Assembly: GCA_938002015.1 (NCBI GenBank)
Contig: CALLAU010000087.1
Coordinates: 9,920-73,919, forward strand
From: an uncultured Bdellovibrionales bacterium
Lineage (GTDB): Bacteria > Bdellovibrionota > Bdellovibrionia > Bdellovibrionales > UBA1609
Reading direction: 5' to 3'
Length of the DNA stretch: 64,000 nt
Shown here: piece after piece, positions 1 to 8,945 of the stretch
How positions within the stretch are numbered: the stretch's first letter is position 1
Layout: every line of letters starts with the position of its first letter
Position numbers and translations under genes: made by a program
The notes under the pieces: generated by a model
The model's input: only the letters and a program-made list of their open reading frames with translations
What the model was told of the DNA's origin: nothing
Database searches by the model: none

Positions 1-84
1 GAAGTAACCAGCATAAAACCTTAAAATCATTACAGGCCACAAATGGTTTACATATTTAAAACCCTCTAACAAATCTCTAATCAT
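1..84 (-). CDS. Partial CDS, first 28 codons only (gene runs off the window start); function unknown
   Basis: Minus-strand ATG at 84..82 preceded by GAGGTG Shine-Dalgarno (plus-strand cacctc 93..98). Reads MIRDLLEGFKYVNHLWPVMILRFYAGYF with no stop to the window edge. Too short to assign. Confidence 0.35.
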   Translation of the reverse strand, partial: MIRDLLEGFKYVNHLWPVMILRFYAGYF

Positions 85-114
85 TTTAAAAACACCTCAA
101 ACACGATTGCCAAC

Positions 115-771
115 CTACTTCTTAATAGATTTTTGTTTATAATAATAACACTTTCGTTTAAATGCACAATCTATACACCTAGGGTTTTGAGCCTTACACT
201 GACGTCTTCCATGAAAAATCATCCAATGAGCAAACTGTACCCAGTGTTTTTTAGGGAGTATTTTCATCAGCTCCCTCTCAATAACAACAGGGTTCTCACT
301 TTTAGTAAGCCCTAGACGAAAAGACAGTCGTTTTACGTGGGTATCAACAACAACCCCTTCTGGCTTATTAAAAATTTCTCCAAGTACAACGTTAGCAGTT
401 TTTCTACCTACACCAGGAAGCTTAACAAGTTCGTCTAAATTATCTGGCAAAACTCCGCTATATTCATCTACTATCGTCTCACACGTGGCTTTTATATTCT
501 TTGCCTTATTCCTGTAAAAACCTGTTGATTTAACTTCATGTTCAATTTTAGAAACTGGTAGCAAAGCTACTTCTTCAGGCACTTTGTATTTATTAAAAAA
601 GACTTTTGTAACTTTATTGACTCTTTCATCTGTGCATTGAGCACTTAATATAGTTGCCACTAAAAGCTCTGATGGGTTGCTATGATGAAGTTCGCAGTGA
701 GCTCCCGGGTAAAGCGCTTTTAGCTTATTCACAACATAAGTCGCCTGCTTCTTAAGGTCAGTTGTAGACAT
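115..771 (-). CDS. nth: Endonuclease III (DNA glycosylase/AP lyase)
   Basis: HhH-GPD motif LVKLPGVGRKTANVVLG, catalytic-region VDTHVKR, and C-terminal 4Fe-4S cluster CKAQNPRCIDCAFKRKC (C-x6-C-x2-C-x5-C). Length of 218 aa is typical. Confidence 0.92.
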   Translation of the reverse strand: MSTTDLKKQATYVVNKLKALYPGAHCELHHSNPSELLVATILSAQCTDERVNKVTKVFFNKYKVPEEVALLPVSKIEHEVKSTGFYRNKAKNIKATCETIVDEYSGVLPDNLDELVKLPGVGRKTANVVLGEIFNKPEGVVVDTHVKRLSFRLGLTKSENPVVIERELMKILPKKHWVQFAHWMIFHGRRQCKAQNPRCIDCAFKRKCYYYKQKSIKK

Positions 772-831
772 CGTGCTTGTCTTATATCATTAATATTTAC
801 TTACACAAGTCACTTAAAAACGGAGCACACA

Positions 832-1491
832 ATGAAGAAAATCGCAGTAATTCTATCTGGTTGCGGATATTTAGATGGTTCAGAGATTACAGAATCTACT
901 TCTCTACTTATTAATCTTTCTGAGCACAATGCATCTTATAAGGTCTTTGCACCTAATAAAAACCTTAAAACTGCAGCTCATCTTGATGTTGATCTTACTG
1001 ACTCAAGCCCAAGAAATGTTATGGAAGAATCTGCAAGAATTACAAGAGGCGATGTTTACGATCTAGAAGAACTTAACCCTAATCTTTTTGATGGTATAGC
1101 CATCCCTGGAGGTTATGGTGTAGCAAAAAACCTTTGCTCATGGGCGAGTGATGGAGCCGAGTGTTCAGTTGATAAAAACATTCAAAAAATAATCACTGAG
1201 TTTCATAAAGATTCAAAACCAATTTTAGCAATTTGTATTGCTCCAGCACTTGTTGCAAGAGTTCTTGGTCCTGTAACAAATAGCTTAAGTTTAACAATTG
1301 GTTCTGATAAGGCTACTGCTGAACAAATAGAAAAAACGGGGGCTGAACACGTAGAATGCAGTGTAACTGATTTTGTGACTGATCGAGAAAATAAAGTGAT
1401 CTCAACTCCAGCCTATATGTATAGCGCAAAACCTCATGAAGTTTTTGAAGGGGTTAGTAAAGCTACTGGCGAGTTTTTAGAAATGTGTTAA
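832..1491 (+). CDS. elbB: ElbB-type DJ-1/PfpI family protein (isoprenoid biosynthesis / glyoxalase III-like)
   Basis: N-terminus MKKIAVILSGCGYLDGSEI plus ARITRG, PGGYGVAKNL, CIAPAL and TPAYM blocks match E. coli ElbB almost block for block. Confidence 0.85.
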   Translation: MKKIAVILSGCGYLDGSEITESTSLLINLSEHNASYKVFAPNKNLKTAAHLDVDLTDSSPRNVMEESARITRGDVYDLEELNPNLFDGIAIPGGYGVAKNLCSWASDGAECSVDKNIQKIITEFHKDSKPILAICIAPALVARVLGPVTNSLSLTIGSDKATAEQIEKTGAEHVECSVTDFVTDRENKVISTPAYMYSAKPHEVFEGVSKATGEFLEMC

Positions 1492-1520
1492 TCAACGTTT
1501 TTAAATAAATTTTAAAAAAT

Positions 1521-1952
1521 ATGAAAAATCTAGTTGTACTAAAAACTGAAGAACTGTCCAAAGAACAAGAAAGTTTAAAGAACTTTTCAAAAGGACTTTT
1601 AATTATTGCAGGCTTTGATCAAAACCAAGTTTGGCAGGCAATAGAAACTTTAGTCGATATTGCTAAATCTCAAAACAGGGAAATAGTATATACAAATAGC
1701 CAACCATGCATTTATTATGATGAAAATTTGACTAGCCAAAAAAGCACTTCCAACAAAAAAACAATCAGATTTTGGGGGAATTTAAGATCAACCGAAGTAT
1801 TGAGTGAAGCTCTTACTCACGCACTCGACCAACCTGTTATTGGCGTTATGCATGTCTATAAAGTAGAGAGTGTGATTAATCGAATGGATGACATGGACAT
1901 TAAGAAAGACCTTTATACGAAAACCTTAAAAGGAGTAATTCTCACCCACTAA
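1521..1952 (+). CDS. Small protein resembling a degenerate PilT/GspE (T2SSE) ATPase core without Walker A
   Basis: By-eye alignment to PilT: GLLIIAGFDQNQVW vs GLVLVTGPTGSGKS; REIVYTNSQPCIY vs HHILTIEDPIEF; GNLRSTEVLSEALTHALDQPVIGVMH vs [27 protein letters not shown]. Confidence 0.45.
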   Translation: MKNLVVLKTEELSKEQESLKNFSKGLLIIAGFDQNQVWQAIETLVDIAKSQNREIVYTNSQPCIYYDENLTSQKSTSNKKTIRFWGNLRSTEVLSEALTHALDQPVIGVMHVYKVESVINRMDDMDIKKDLYTKTLKGVILTH

Positions 1953-2142
1953 GTTCTTGTACAAGAAAAAATATCAAGAAACAATAATTAGAGCTTTTAA
2001 AGCCCACACCCTTTGCACTCTACATAACGATTAAGTGAATCAAATTGAGATTTTGTTAAACTTTTATTTTTAATCTTTAAAACCCTAAACCTTTAATGTC
2101 TTTATCCCGATCAGGACTTTGACCTAGTCTAGGGAGGGTCAT

Positions 2143-2778
2143 ATGGCACGTAAACTCAAATCCGTATTTGTATTCATTATGGCTACAGTCATGATGATGA
2201 GTTTCCAAAACTGTAGTGATTCTAGTGAGCAAAGAGACCAAGAAGTATTTAAAACAGATCTAAGCCTTCTGCTTTTTGAAGAAGATTTTAGTAAAAACAA
2301 AGTAAGTCTTTATTCTTATGACCAAAAAACAAATGAAGAAAGTCTCTTCTCTGTTAAAAGGCTAGACAAAGTTAATGTTGAAATTTCTGAAAATAAAACA
2401 AATTTTCTTTGCAGTGTTAAAGAGGAAAATCCTTTTGATATCTTTTTAGAAACAATTGGCAGTATGCGAATTTCACATCCAAGTAGAGTCAGCATTGAAT
2501 CAAAGGCTTGTTCAAATTTTGAGCTCCCCTCTCAATATTTAATAGTTAATGTAGACTCAAAAGAAACTTATATTGTTTTTAAAAACACGAGTGCTCAAAA
2601 CTGCACTTCCTTTAATGCTGATCTTTTAATTAAATCAGGAAAAAGAGTTTTTATAGCAGAGAATATCTCATCTGATGAAGTTAATGAGTTAGTATTTCAA
2701 AGTCAGGAAATGCTTGATGTACTACCTTGTACTGAAGAAAGCTCTAAGAGCAGCACTATCTCTAAGCTTTTTAAATAA
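2143..2778 (+). CDS. Hypothetical exported protein / possible lipoprotein
   Basis: N-terminal hydrophobic signal ending FQNC-SDS. No recognisable catalytic motif. Confidence 0.5.
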   Translation: MARKLKSVFVFIMATVMMMSFQNCSDSSEQRDQEVFKTDLSLLLFEEDFSKNKVSLYSYDQKTNEESLFSVKRLDKVNVEISENKTNFLCSVKEENPFDIFLETIGSMRISHPSRVSIESKACSNFELPSQYLIVNVDSKETYIVFKNTSAQNCTSFNADLLIKSGKRVFIAENISSDEVNELVFQSQEMLDVLPCTEESSKSSTISKLFK

Positions 2779-2783
2779 AAAAA

Positions 2784-2810
2784 CCAGAGGCTCTTTTTAG
2801 CGTCTGGCTT
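2784..2810. terminator. Candidate bidirectional hairpin terminator between convergent genes
   Basis: CCAGAGGC (2784..2791) pairs with GCGTCTGG (2800..2807) with one mismatch. A-run lies upstream and T-rich sequence downstream. Confidence 0.4.
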
Positions 2811-2857
2811 TATGAGTTTAAATTTAAGGTTCTTTTTTATCTTAAGCTAAAAGTCTT

Positions 2858-3976
2858 TTAAGCCCAAGTTTGTGAGCTCTTTCCAACCCACTCACCTCTT
2901 GGTCTATAAATTCTATTATTTGCGTACTGCTCAAAAGCATGTGCCAGCCAACCTGAAGTTCTAGACATTGCAAAAATAGGAGTAAAAAGATCCATTGGAA
3001 TTCCCATTGAGTAATAAACTGTAGCTGAATAAAAATCTACGTTTGGAAGAAGACCTTTTTGAGAAACAACAGCTTGCTCAATGATATCAGAAATTTCATA
3101 CCACTTACCATTTCCTGTATTTTCACTTAAAGACTTACTCATGCTTTTTAAAATCTTCGCTCTTGGGTCTCCATTTTTATAAACTCTATGACCAAAACCC
3201 ATGATTTTAACTTTATTAGCTAAAGCATTTTCAACCCATGCTGGAGCTTTAGCTGGATCATCAATTTCAAAAAGCATTCTCATCACTTCAGTATTTGCTC
3301 CACCATGTAATGGACCTTTTAATGAGCCAATGCCTGAAGTAATTGCTGAGTAAAGGTCACTTAAAGAAGATGCTGTAACACGAGTAGAAAAAGCTGAGCA
3401 GTTTAACTCGTGATCTGCGTGAAGTGTTAAGCAAGTATCAAAAACTTTTACAGCCTCATCACTTGGCTCTGTTCCATTAAGCATCCATAAAAAGTTCCAA
3501 GCCATAGTTTTTTCAGGATTTGGATCTACAAAATCTTTTCCTTCTCTTTTTCTATGAAAGAAAGCGATTAAACTTGGAACTTTAGCCAAAAGTTTTAAAC
3601 CCACTTCTCTTTGAGCTTCAGGAGATAGGTCTTGAGATTTATCATCCCACAAGCTTAAAGCTGAAACTGCTGTTCTAAGCCAAGCCATTGGGTGAACATC
3701 TTTAACAGGCAAAGTGTTTAAAAAAGACTTTGTTGAATCACTTAGTTTAAAATGCTCTTTTAACTGAGTTTTAAGACCATCTACTTGAGCTGCTGTTGGT
3801 TTTTCATTATTCCACAAAAGCCATACAACTTCTTCAAAACTTGCATTAGCTGCTAAGTCTTCAATAGTGTATCCTCTGTAGCATAACGTGGCATCAACAA
3901 TAGATGAAACCCCCGTAGTACAAGCGACAACGCCCTCTAAACCTTTATCAACAGCACCTTCGTAGACTTCAACCAT
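2858..3976 (-). CDS. gltA: Citrate synthase, short (about 370 aa) type
   Basis: GFGHRVYKNGDPRA, LKGPLHGGANTEV and HADHELNCSAF active-site blocks. 372 aa. Confidence 0.85.
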   Translation of the reverse strand: MVEVYEGAVDKGLEGVVACTTGVSSIVDATLCYRGYTIEDLAANASFEEVVWLLWNNEKPTAAQVDGLKTQLKEHFKLSDSTKSFLNTLPVKDVHPMAWLRTAVSALSLWDDKSQDLSPEAQREVGLKLLAKVPSLIAFFHRKREGKDFVDPNPEKTMAWNFLWMLNGTEPSDEAVKVFDTCLTLHADHELNCSAFSTRVTASSLSDLYSAITSGIGSLKGPLHGGANTEVMRMLFEIDDPAKAPAWVENALANKVKIMGFGHRVYKNGDPRAKILKSMSKSLSENTGNGKWYEISDIIEQAVVSQKGLLPNVDFYSATVYYSMGIPMDLFTPIFAMSRTSGWLAHAFEQYANNRIYRPRGEWVGKSSQTWA

Positions 3977-4045
3977 GATCTCTCCTATTATTTTCTAAGT
4001 GATTACATAAGCTCTGCTCTTATTTTAACAAAAACCTAGCTTATT

Positions 4046-4912
4046 TTATATAAGTTTTATTACATTATTTTCTATAGACATGACAATAATAGACACATCC
4101 TGCAATGGTCTACGCTTTCCTAAATGCTGGTCTAGTCGAAAGAAGATATCATTTCTTAAGTCGTGGACTGATTGTGTTAACGGAATTTTAGCTAAAGCCT
4201 CAAGCACTGGAGTCACTGAAAAAATAGAGCCTTTTTCATCAGCACAACCAACTAGGCCCGGAGAGAGCAACACCACTCTATCATAGGGTTTTAAGGCAAT
4301 CGGCTTTTCACTATTAAGATTATTTAAATCTTCCACACTTCCTGTATCGCCATCTTGAAAAAAGCCAAAGACTTTTCCATGAATTTTATAAGTAAACTCA
4401 TATGTTCGTTTATCAATGTGACAGCAGGCCAGCTGAATATCTGCTAGTGACTGCCCTTTTGATTCAATTTCTTTTAAAACTCTTTTAGTAAAGCCGTCAG
4501 GGTCTGAAGCACCCGTTTCTTCACCACTATCTCTTCCGTGTTTTAATAAGAAAGCTATTAAAAGGGCTGTTAAGATAGAGCCTGAAGAAGAAGAAAGAAT
4601 GAGGTTAAATTTAAACCTATCTGAGTGCTCAAAAACATCTATATAATCACCGTTAAACCTCATCCCAGGAATAAACTTAGTGCTGAAATTAAAGCCTGAG
4701 ATGTGAGGAAATTGAGCAGGCACGAGGAATTTGAAAATATTTCTCAAGAGAGCAAGATCCTTATCCATGCCTAATAAGATTTCAGAAATTGCCACATTTA
4801 AACGCTCCACCTCTTTTTGGTAAACGCTTAAATCACTTTCCCTATGCTTTAGCTCATCTCTTAAGCTGTCTATGACTAGATTTAAGTCTCTTATCTTTTG
4901 GTCTTGATCCAT
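4046..4912 (-). CDS. Coiled-coil protein with SpoIIE/PP2C-like C-terminal domain, apparently lacking metal-binding Asp residues
   Basis: N-terminal heptad-rich 50 aa. NGDYIDVF resembles the GGDFYD block of SpoIIE-family phosphatases. The following DVSGHG-equivalent reads SSSSGS and the YTDG-equivalent reads LSPG. Confidence 0.4.
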   Translation of the reverse strand: MDQDQKIRDLNLVIDSLRDELKHRESDLSVYQKEVERLNVAISEILLGMDKDLALLRNIFKFLVPAQFPHISGFNFSTKFIPGMRFNGDYIDVFEHSDRFKFNLILSSSSGSILTALLIAFLLKHGRDSGEETGASDPDGFTKRVLKEIESKGQSLADIQLACCHIDKRTYEFTYKIHGKVFGFFQDGDTGSVEDLNNLNSEKPIALKPYDRVVLLSPGLVGCADEKGSIFSVTPVLEALAKIPLTQSVHDLRNDIFFRLDQHLGKRRPLQDVSIIVMSIENNVIKLI

Positions 4913-5029
4913 GGGAGTTTCCTAACTTTTTTTCAAATAGGTACCTTGCAGTATTGTAGTTCTTAAAGCCCCGACGTATCAAGGTATCTGGGGAATAAAC
5001 GTTCTTTAAGTCTGGGGGGATACAAGAAC

Positions 5030-5767
5030 ATGAACATCACTGAATTAATCACAAATCCGCTTACTGTTTACGAAGGCTCATTCTGCACTGATGATATTAG
5101 TTTAGAAGATACTTGGAAAAAATCATTCAACAAGTCTATTGAAGGTCTTAAAGACTTTAGTGGCTGTGAAGAGCTTTTAAAAGTTTTAGAAAATAGCTTT
5201 AATGTTAAATTTCAGTCTAACAGAAACCACCTTGTTTCAGCACTTAATACAGGAAACGCTTCAGAATTACTCGGAGCTGTTTTAATGACACAGACTTGGA
5301 TAAAAAAATTCTCAAGCCTTCCACAGGTTTTATTATCTGATGGGCTTTATTACTTTATGACTCCTAAAGGAGAAGTACTTCAAGTTAACTCAAATAAAAA
5401 AACAGCGCTTACACCAACTGAAAAATTTGACCTCTTTCATAAGCAGCCACAAAAGTTTGAGTTCTCAACCCTTATAAAACATTACTATGAAGAAATCTGT
5501 GAGCTCTATATAAAAGATAATATGATTTCATCTTTAAAAACAGCACAAACTTCGATGATTAATATGGACCCAAGAGATGCAAAGTGGTTTGCACGAAGAG
5601 GCCTTCTTTTAAAAAGTATCGGAGAATTCTCTTTAGCTTTATCAGACTTAAAAAGATTCTTATCATTTTATAGTTATGAAGAAGCCCCTGCTGCTGTAAA
5701 AAATGCACTTATTGAGCTTCAAGGACTTAAAGCAACTGAAAGTTTTAATAATTATTCAATACACTAG
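5030..5767 (+). CDS. SirB1-like (UPF0162, transglutaminase-like fold + TPR) protein
   Basis: C-terminal DPRDAKWFARRGLLLKSIGEFSLALSDLKRFL...ALIELQG, ending in ...SIH. This parallels the E. coli SirB1 C-terminal TPR segment (DP..RDRGL...AL.DL..F). Length of 245 aa fits. Confidence 0.45.
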   Translation: MNITELITNPLTVYEGSFCTDDISLEDTWKKSFNKSIEGLKDFSGCEELLKVLENSFNVKFQSNRNHLVSALNTGNASELLGAVLMTQTWIKKFSSLPQVLLSDGLYYFMTPKGEVLQVNSNKKTALTPTEKFDLFHKQPQKFEFSTLIKHYYEEICELYIKDNMISSLKTAQTSMINMDPRDAKWFARRGLLLKSIGEFSLALSDLKRFLSFYSYEEAPAAVKNALIELQGLKATESFNNYSIH

Positions 5768-5831
5768 TTATTTAATTGCCAAGAGCTTTTATATATATGA
5801 TTTAAGCTCTTTATAAAGGAGAAAACAAACT

Positions 5832-6308
5832 ATGAAATATATTTTATTTATTTTTTTAGTAGCAACAAACCTCATTTTTGCAGAACCGTCTCAAGCCAGC
5901 GAAGGAAACTACACATTAGATATTGAAGTCATCACTGTTAAATCTGAGTTTAGCTACTATTCAAGACAAGTACAAAAAGTAAAAGCCGTTGTAAGCATAG
6001 AATATCCAAACTCGTGCTTCATCAGTATCAATAATCAAGAAGATGAGTGTTATATACTTAGTGGCGCACCAGATAAGGCATATATCAAAAGAAATATTTT
6101 TTACGGTTTGGTTAATAAATTAGCATCTACAAACTCAAATACAGCTTCTAGGGATCCAGAAAAGGATGTCTTGTTAATTCAAGCTACAAACTTGATGCAT
6201 GCGCGCAAAGGTTCACAAAGCGAATCACTTTATGTAAGTAAGTTTAACAAAGTTATTGATGATGAGGCTGCAAACTCTGTAAAGACAATCAGTACAGTAA
6301 TAAGATAG
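5832..6308 (+). CDS. Hypothetical secreted protein
   Basis: Signal peptide MKYILFIFLVATNLIFAEPS; GGAG-containing RBS upstream; no known motif. Confidence 0.5.
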   Translation: MKYILFIFLVATNLIFAEPSQASEGNYTLDIEVITVKSEFSYYSRQVQKVKAVVSIEYPNSCFISINNQEDECYILSGAPDKAYIKRNIFYGLVNKLASTNSNTASRDPEKDVLLIQATNLMHARKGSQSESLYVSKFNKVIDDEAANSVKTISTVIR

Positions 6309-6444
6309 GTCTTTTAAATAATTAAATAAAGTTAACTAGCTAAATTTTAAACTTCTGACACTAGTTAACTCAAATCCAATCTTAAAACTGCCAGTTTATG
6401 TTAATAATTTTTCTCACAGCAACAACCACATCCCAAATATATTA

Positions 6445-7203
6445 TCATTTAAAACTAATGAATTTAAAACCTTTACCCTTATGAACAAAGAGAACTTCTT
6501 CTTTATTAACTTCAAAACTTGCATCTGATTTTAGGACAAACTGCTTTGTTCTTTTTCTTCCTAAATCAATCACCTTAAAAACCTCATCTTTACTATTAAC
6601 TTTAATGACTTCTCTTAAAAGCTGAATTGATTTTTTAGCTTTTCCTGACTTAGAAGATTTATCAAACATGGGATCATAAAAAATAATATCAAAGTCATTA
6701 CAATTCTCTAAATAAGTTTCAGCATCATTTTGAAAAATTCTAGCTTTAAACTCCTTAAGTTTAAATTTCTCTTTTAAAGCCTGTGATTCTTTAGACTCGT
6801 AAAACCGCCTCGTTCCATCTTTGACAAGAGAGTATACTAAAGGGTCTCTCTCAAGGCCTGTCATTTCATGTCCGCAAAGAACACCTTTAAAAAAATCTCT
6901 TCCAAATCCTAAAGTAAGATCTAATATTTTAAGCCTTTCTTTAGCCTTTAAAAATTTAAAAATACTTTCAGCTCTTCCATAGCCTTGTTGAACTTCTCTT
7001 AAGTAAGCTTGGTCTAGAAAATCACAAAACACCGGTTTCTTATCTAGACTTATTAGCTTTAAAGTATTTTCAGCAAAAACTAATATAGCCTCATCACTAT
7101 TTATAGATTCTTTTTTCTTAATATTAAATGATAATTGAAGGTCTTTAACTTCTTCTAGATCTAAAACTGAAGGATCTAGAAAAATCTTCAAGGTTTTCTC
7201 CAA
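6445..7203 (-). CDS. rsmJ: 16S rRNA m2G1516 methyltransferase RsmJ-like SAM-dependent methyltransferase
   Basis: ILDLTLGFGRDFF (RsmJ VVDATAGLGRDAF), LERDPLV (LERNPVV), DGTRRFY and FYDPMF (YLDPMFP) blocks in the same order and spacing as E. coli RsmJ. Confidence 0.7.
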   Translation of the reverse strand: MEKTLKIFLDPSVLDLEEVKDLQLSFNIKKKESINSDEAILVFAENTLKLISLDKKPVFCDFLDQAYLREVQQGYGRAESIFKFLKAKERLKILDLTLGFGRDFFKGVLCGHEMTGLERDPLVYSLVKDGTRRFYESKESQALKEKFKLKEFKARIFQNDAETYLENCNDFDIIFYDPMFDKSSKSGKAKKSIQLLREVIKVNSKDEVFKVIDLGRKRTKQFVLKSDASFEVNKEEVLFVHKGKGFKFISFK

Positions 7204-8147
7204 TAAATCTTTTCAGCCCCGCTTATGAGATCTTTTTGAAAGTCTTTATTGAAAAAATTAAAACTTAAAATGAGTTGTTTAAGCTCCTCTAAGATTTTAG
7301 TACTCTTTAAATCAAAAGATTTTAATTCGTTTTCAAGATTTGTATCAAAATAAGTCTTAAAATCTTCTAGGCTTTTAAAATCAAACACTTTCCTTTTCTT
7401 CTCATCACTAAAGTCTTTAGTTACTTCAATCATGAAAGAATTAAAGTAACCTGACTGGATGTCTGTAAAATAAGTTTTCCCTTCAAAATTTCTAATATTA
7501 AAATCTAGAAGATCGTCACTTCTTTGTAAGAGAAGACCAAAAAGCTCACCGATTTTTAATAGAGTTTCTTTATCCTCATCTTTTGACTCTTTTAATAAAA
7601 GAGCCGGGGCTTTAAAGCACCAAGAAAAAAGAGATGAAGTTTTCTTTATATGAATTCTATTTATTTCTTCTTGAGTAATATCAATTCTATTTAAAGTTGC
7701 ATCCTGAAGCCACTCACCTTCTACTAAATCAAGGATGGCCTGACTTGTATAATTAATAAGCTCTAAAGAACCTTGTTCTGAAAGCTCTTTCATAACCCTA
7801 GCTAAAAGGTAGTCCCCAGCAAGTACAGCATACCCACTTCCATACTCATGCCAAGCAGCTGGTTTTCCGCGCCTTAAAGGAGCCTGATCAACAAAATCAT
7901 CATGAAGAAGTGATGAGTTATGAATAAACTCAATACACCTAGCAAGGAGAGTACTCTGATCCTTAGGAATCATAAGTGATTCAGCTACTTGCATAACTAA
8001 TGCTGCTCTAAAACCCTTTCCCCCAGCAAATAAGTCAGTATAAAGCTGCTGCATTTTAGGCAGTTCTTTAGGTATTTTTGTAGGGATTAGATCTAGTACT
8101 TCCTTGCTCATTACTCTATCTCCTAGCAAAGGCACCATTCTTGTCAA
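7188..8147 (-). CDS. trans-Polyprenyl diphosphate synthase (menaquinone side-chain synthase; chain length not determinable)
   Basis: First DDxxD in LLHDDFVDQAPLRRGKP and second in RSDDLLD. 16-nt overlap with the downstream rsmJ-like gene. Confidence 0.88.
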   Translation of the reverse strand: MTRMVPLLGDRVMSKEVLDLIPTKIPKELPKMQQLYTDLFAGGKGFRAALVMQVAESLMIPKDQSTLLARCIEFIHNSSLLHDDFVDQAPLRRGKPAAWHEYGSGYAVLAGDYLLARVMKELSEQGSLELINYTSQAILDLVEGEWLQDATLNRIDITQEEINRIHIKKTSSLFSWCFKAPALLLKESKDEDKETLLKIGELFGLLLQRSDDLLDFNIRNFEGKTYFTDIQSGYFNSFMIEVTKDFSDEKKRKVFDFKSLEDFKTYFDTNLENELKSFDLKSTKILEELKQLILSFNFFNKDFQKDLISGAEKIYWRKP

Positions 8148-8171
8148 ATAATTTGTGGGATATGCTAAGCA

Positions 8172-8528
8172 TTGGTAGACTCATTTTCTATGATTAACCT
8201 CTTTAACCTTTTTAAAGACAGCTTTAAAGCACCTGAGATACCAAAGCGTGATAAAATCATTTTGGTAGCGATTATCATCTTAGTAATTAGCCCTTTAGAC
8301 TTTATCCCTGACTTTCTTCTCCCTTTTGGGGTTTTTGACGATATAGTTTTAATATCTATCTTTTTTGATTATTTCTGCAATCATATAGAAAGAGACCTTC
8401 TTCTAAAGTACTGGAGAGGGAGCCTTAAAGGCTTTAATTTTTACTACAGAATAGGTAAAATTTTATCTGGAATCAGTCCTAAGAAATTTGTAAGAAAACT
8501 CTGGCTTTACAAACCAAACCCATACTAA
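8172..8528 (+). CDS. DUF1232 (YkvA-like) small membrane protein
   Basis: SPLDFIPDFLLPFGVFDDIVL is the signature of DUF1232. Confidence 0.6.
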   Translation: MVDSFSMINLFNLFKDSFKAPEIPKRDKIILVAIIILVISPLDFIPDFLLPFGVFDDIVLISIFFDYFCNHIERDLLLKYWRGSLKGFNFYYRIGKILSGISPKKFVRKLWLYKPNPY

Positions 8529-8546
8529 ATCGGTGGAAACTAGAAT

Positions 8547-8945
8547 ATGACAATTACTCACAATATAAAAATCCCTTTTCATTTATGCGATCCTGCTAAG
8601 ATTTTATTTTTTGGCTCTCTTTATGAAGTTTATCATCAATTTTTAGAAGATCATATAAGTGAATTTGGAGTTGATTGGAATGATTGGTTTAAAGGCCCAA
8701 CAGGCGCTCCAATCAGGGCTTTAAACACATCATATGATGCACCACTTTTTTTTGGTGAAACTTACGAAGGAAAATGGAGTGTCATAAAAGTATCTGAATC
8801 AACTGTCAGTTTTAAGTTTAGTATTGGTACAAGCAATAAAGATCACGCGATTACTGAAATAACACATTGTTTTATAAACCCAAAAGATGGAAGCAAAACC
8901 GAAATACCTAGTAAAATAAAATCTGCCTTGCTAAAACACCTTTAA
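8547..8945 (+). CDS. 4HBT/YbgC-type hotdog thioesterase, candidate 1,4-dihydroxy-2-naphthoyl-CoA thioesterase
   Basis: N-terminal IKIPFHLCDPAKILFFGSLYEVYHQFLE matches the 4HBT pattern with a catalytic Asp. It sits beside the men genes. Confidence 0.55.
   Translation: MTITHNIKIPFHLCDPAKILFFGSLYEVYHQFLEDHISEFGVDWNDWFKGPTGAPIRALNTSYDAPLFFGETYEGKWSVIKVSESTVSFKFSIGTSNKDHAITEITHCFINPKDGSKTEIPSKIKSALLKHL

Noticed and set aside
6331-6369. 9-bp inverted repeat GTTAACTAG ... CTAGTTAAC with a 21-nt loop between convergent genes
   Set aside because: It has a long AT-rich loop and no flanking T-run. It is plausibly a weak terminator, but too marginal to list as a feature.
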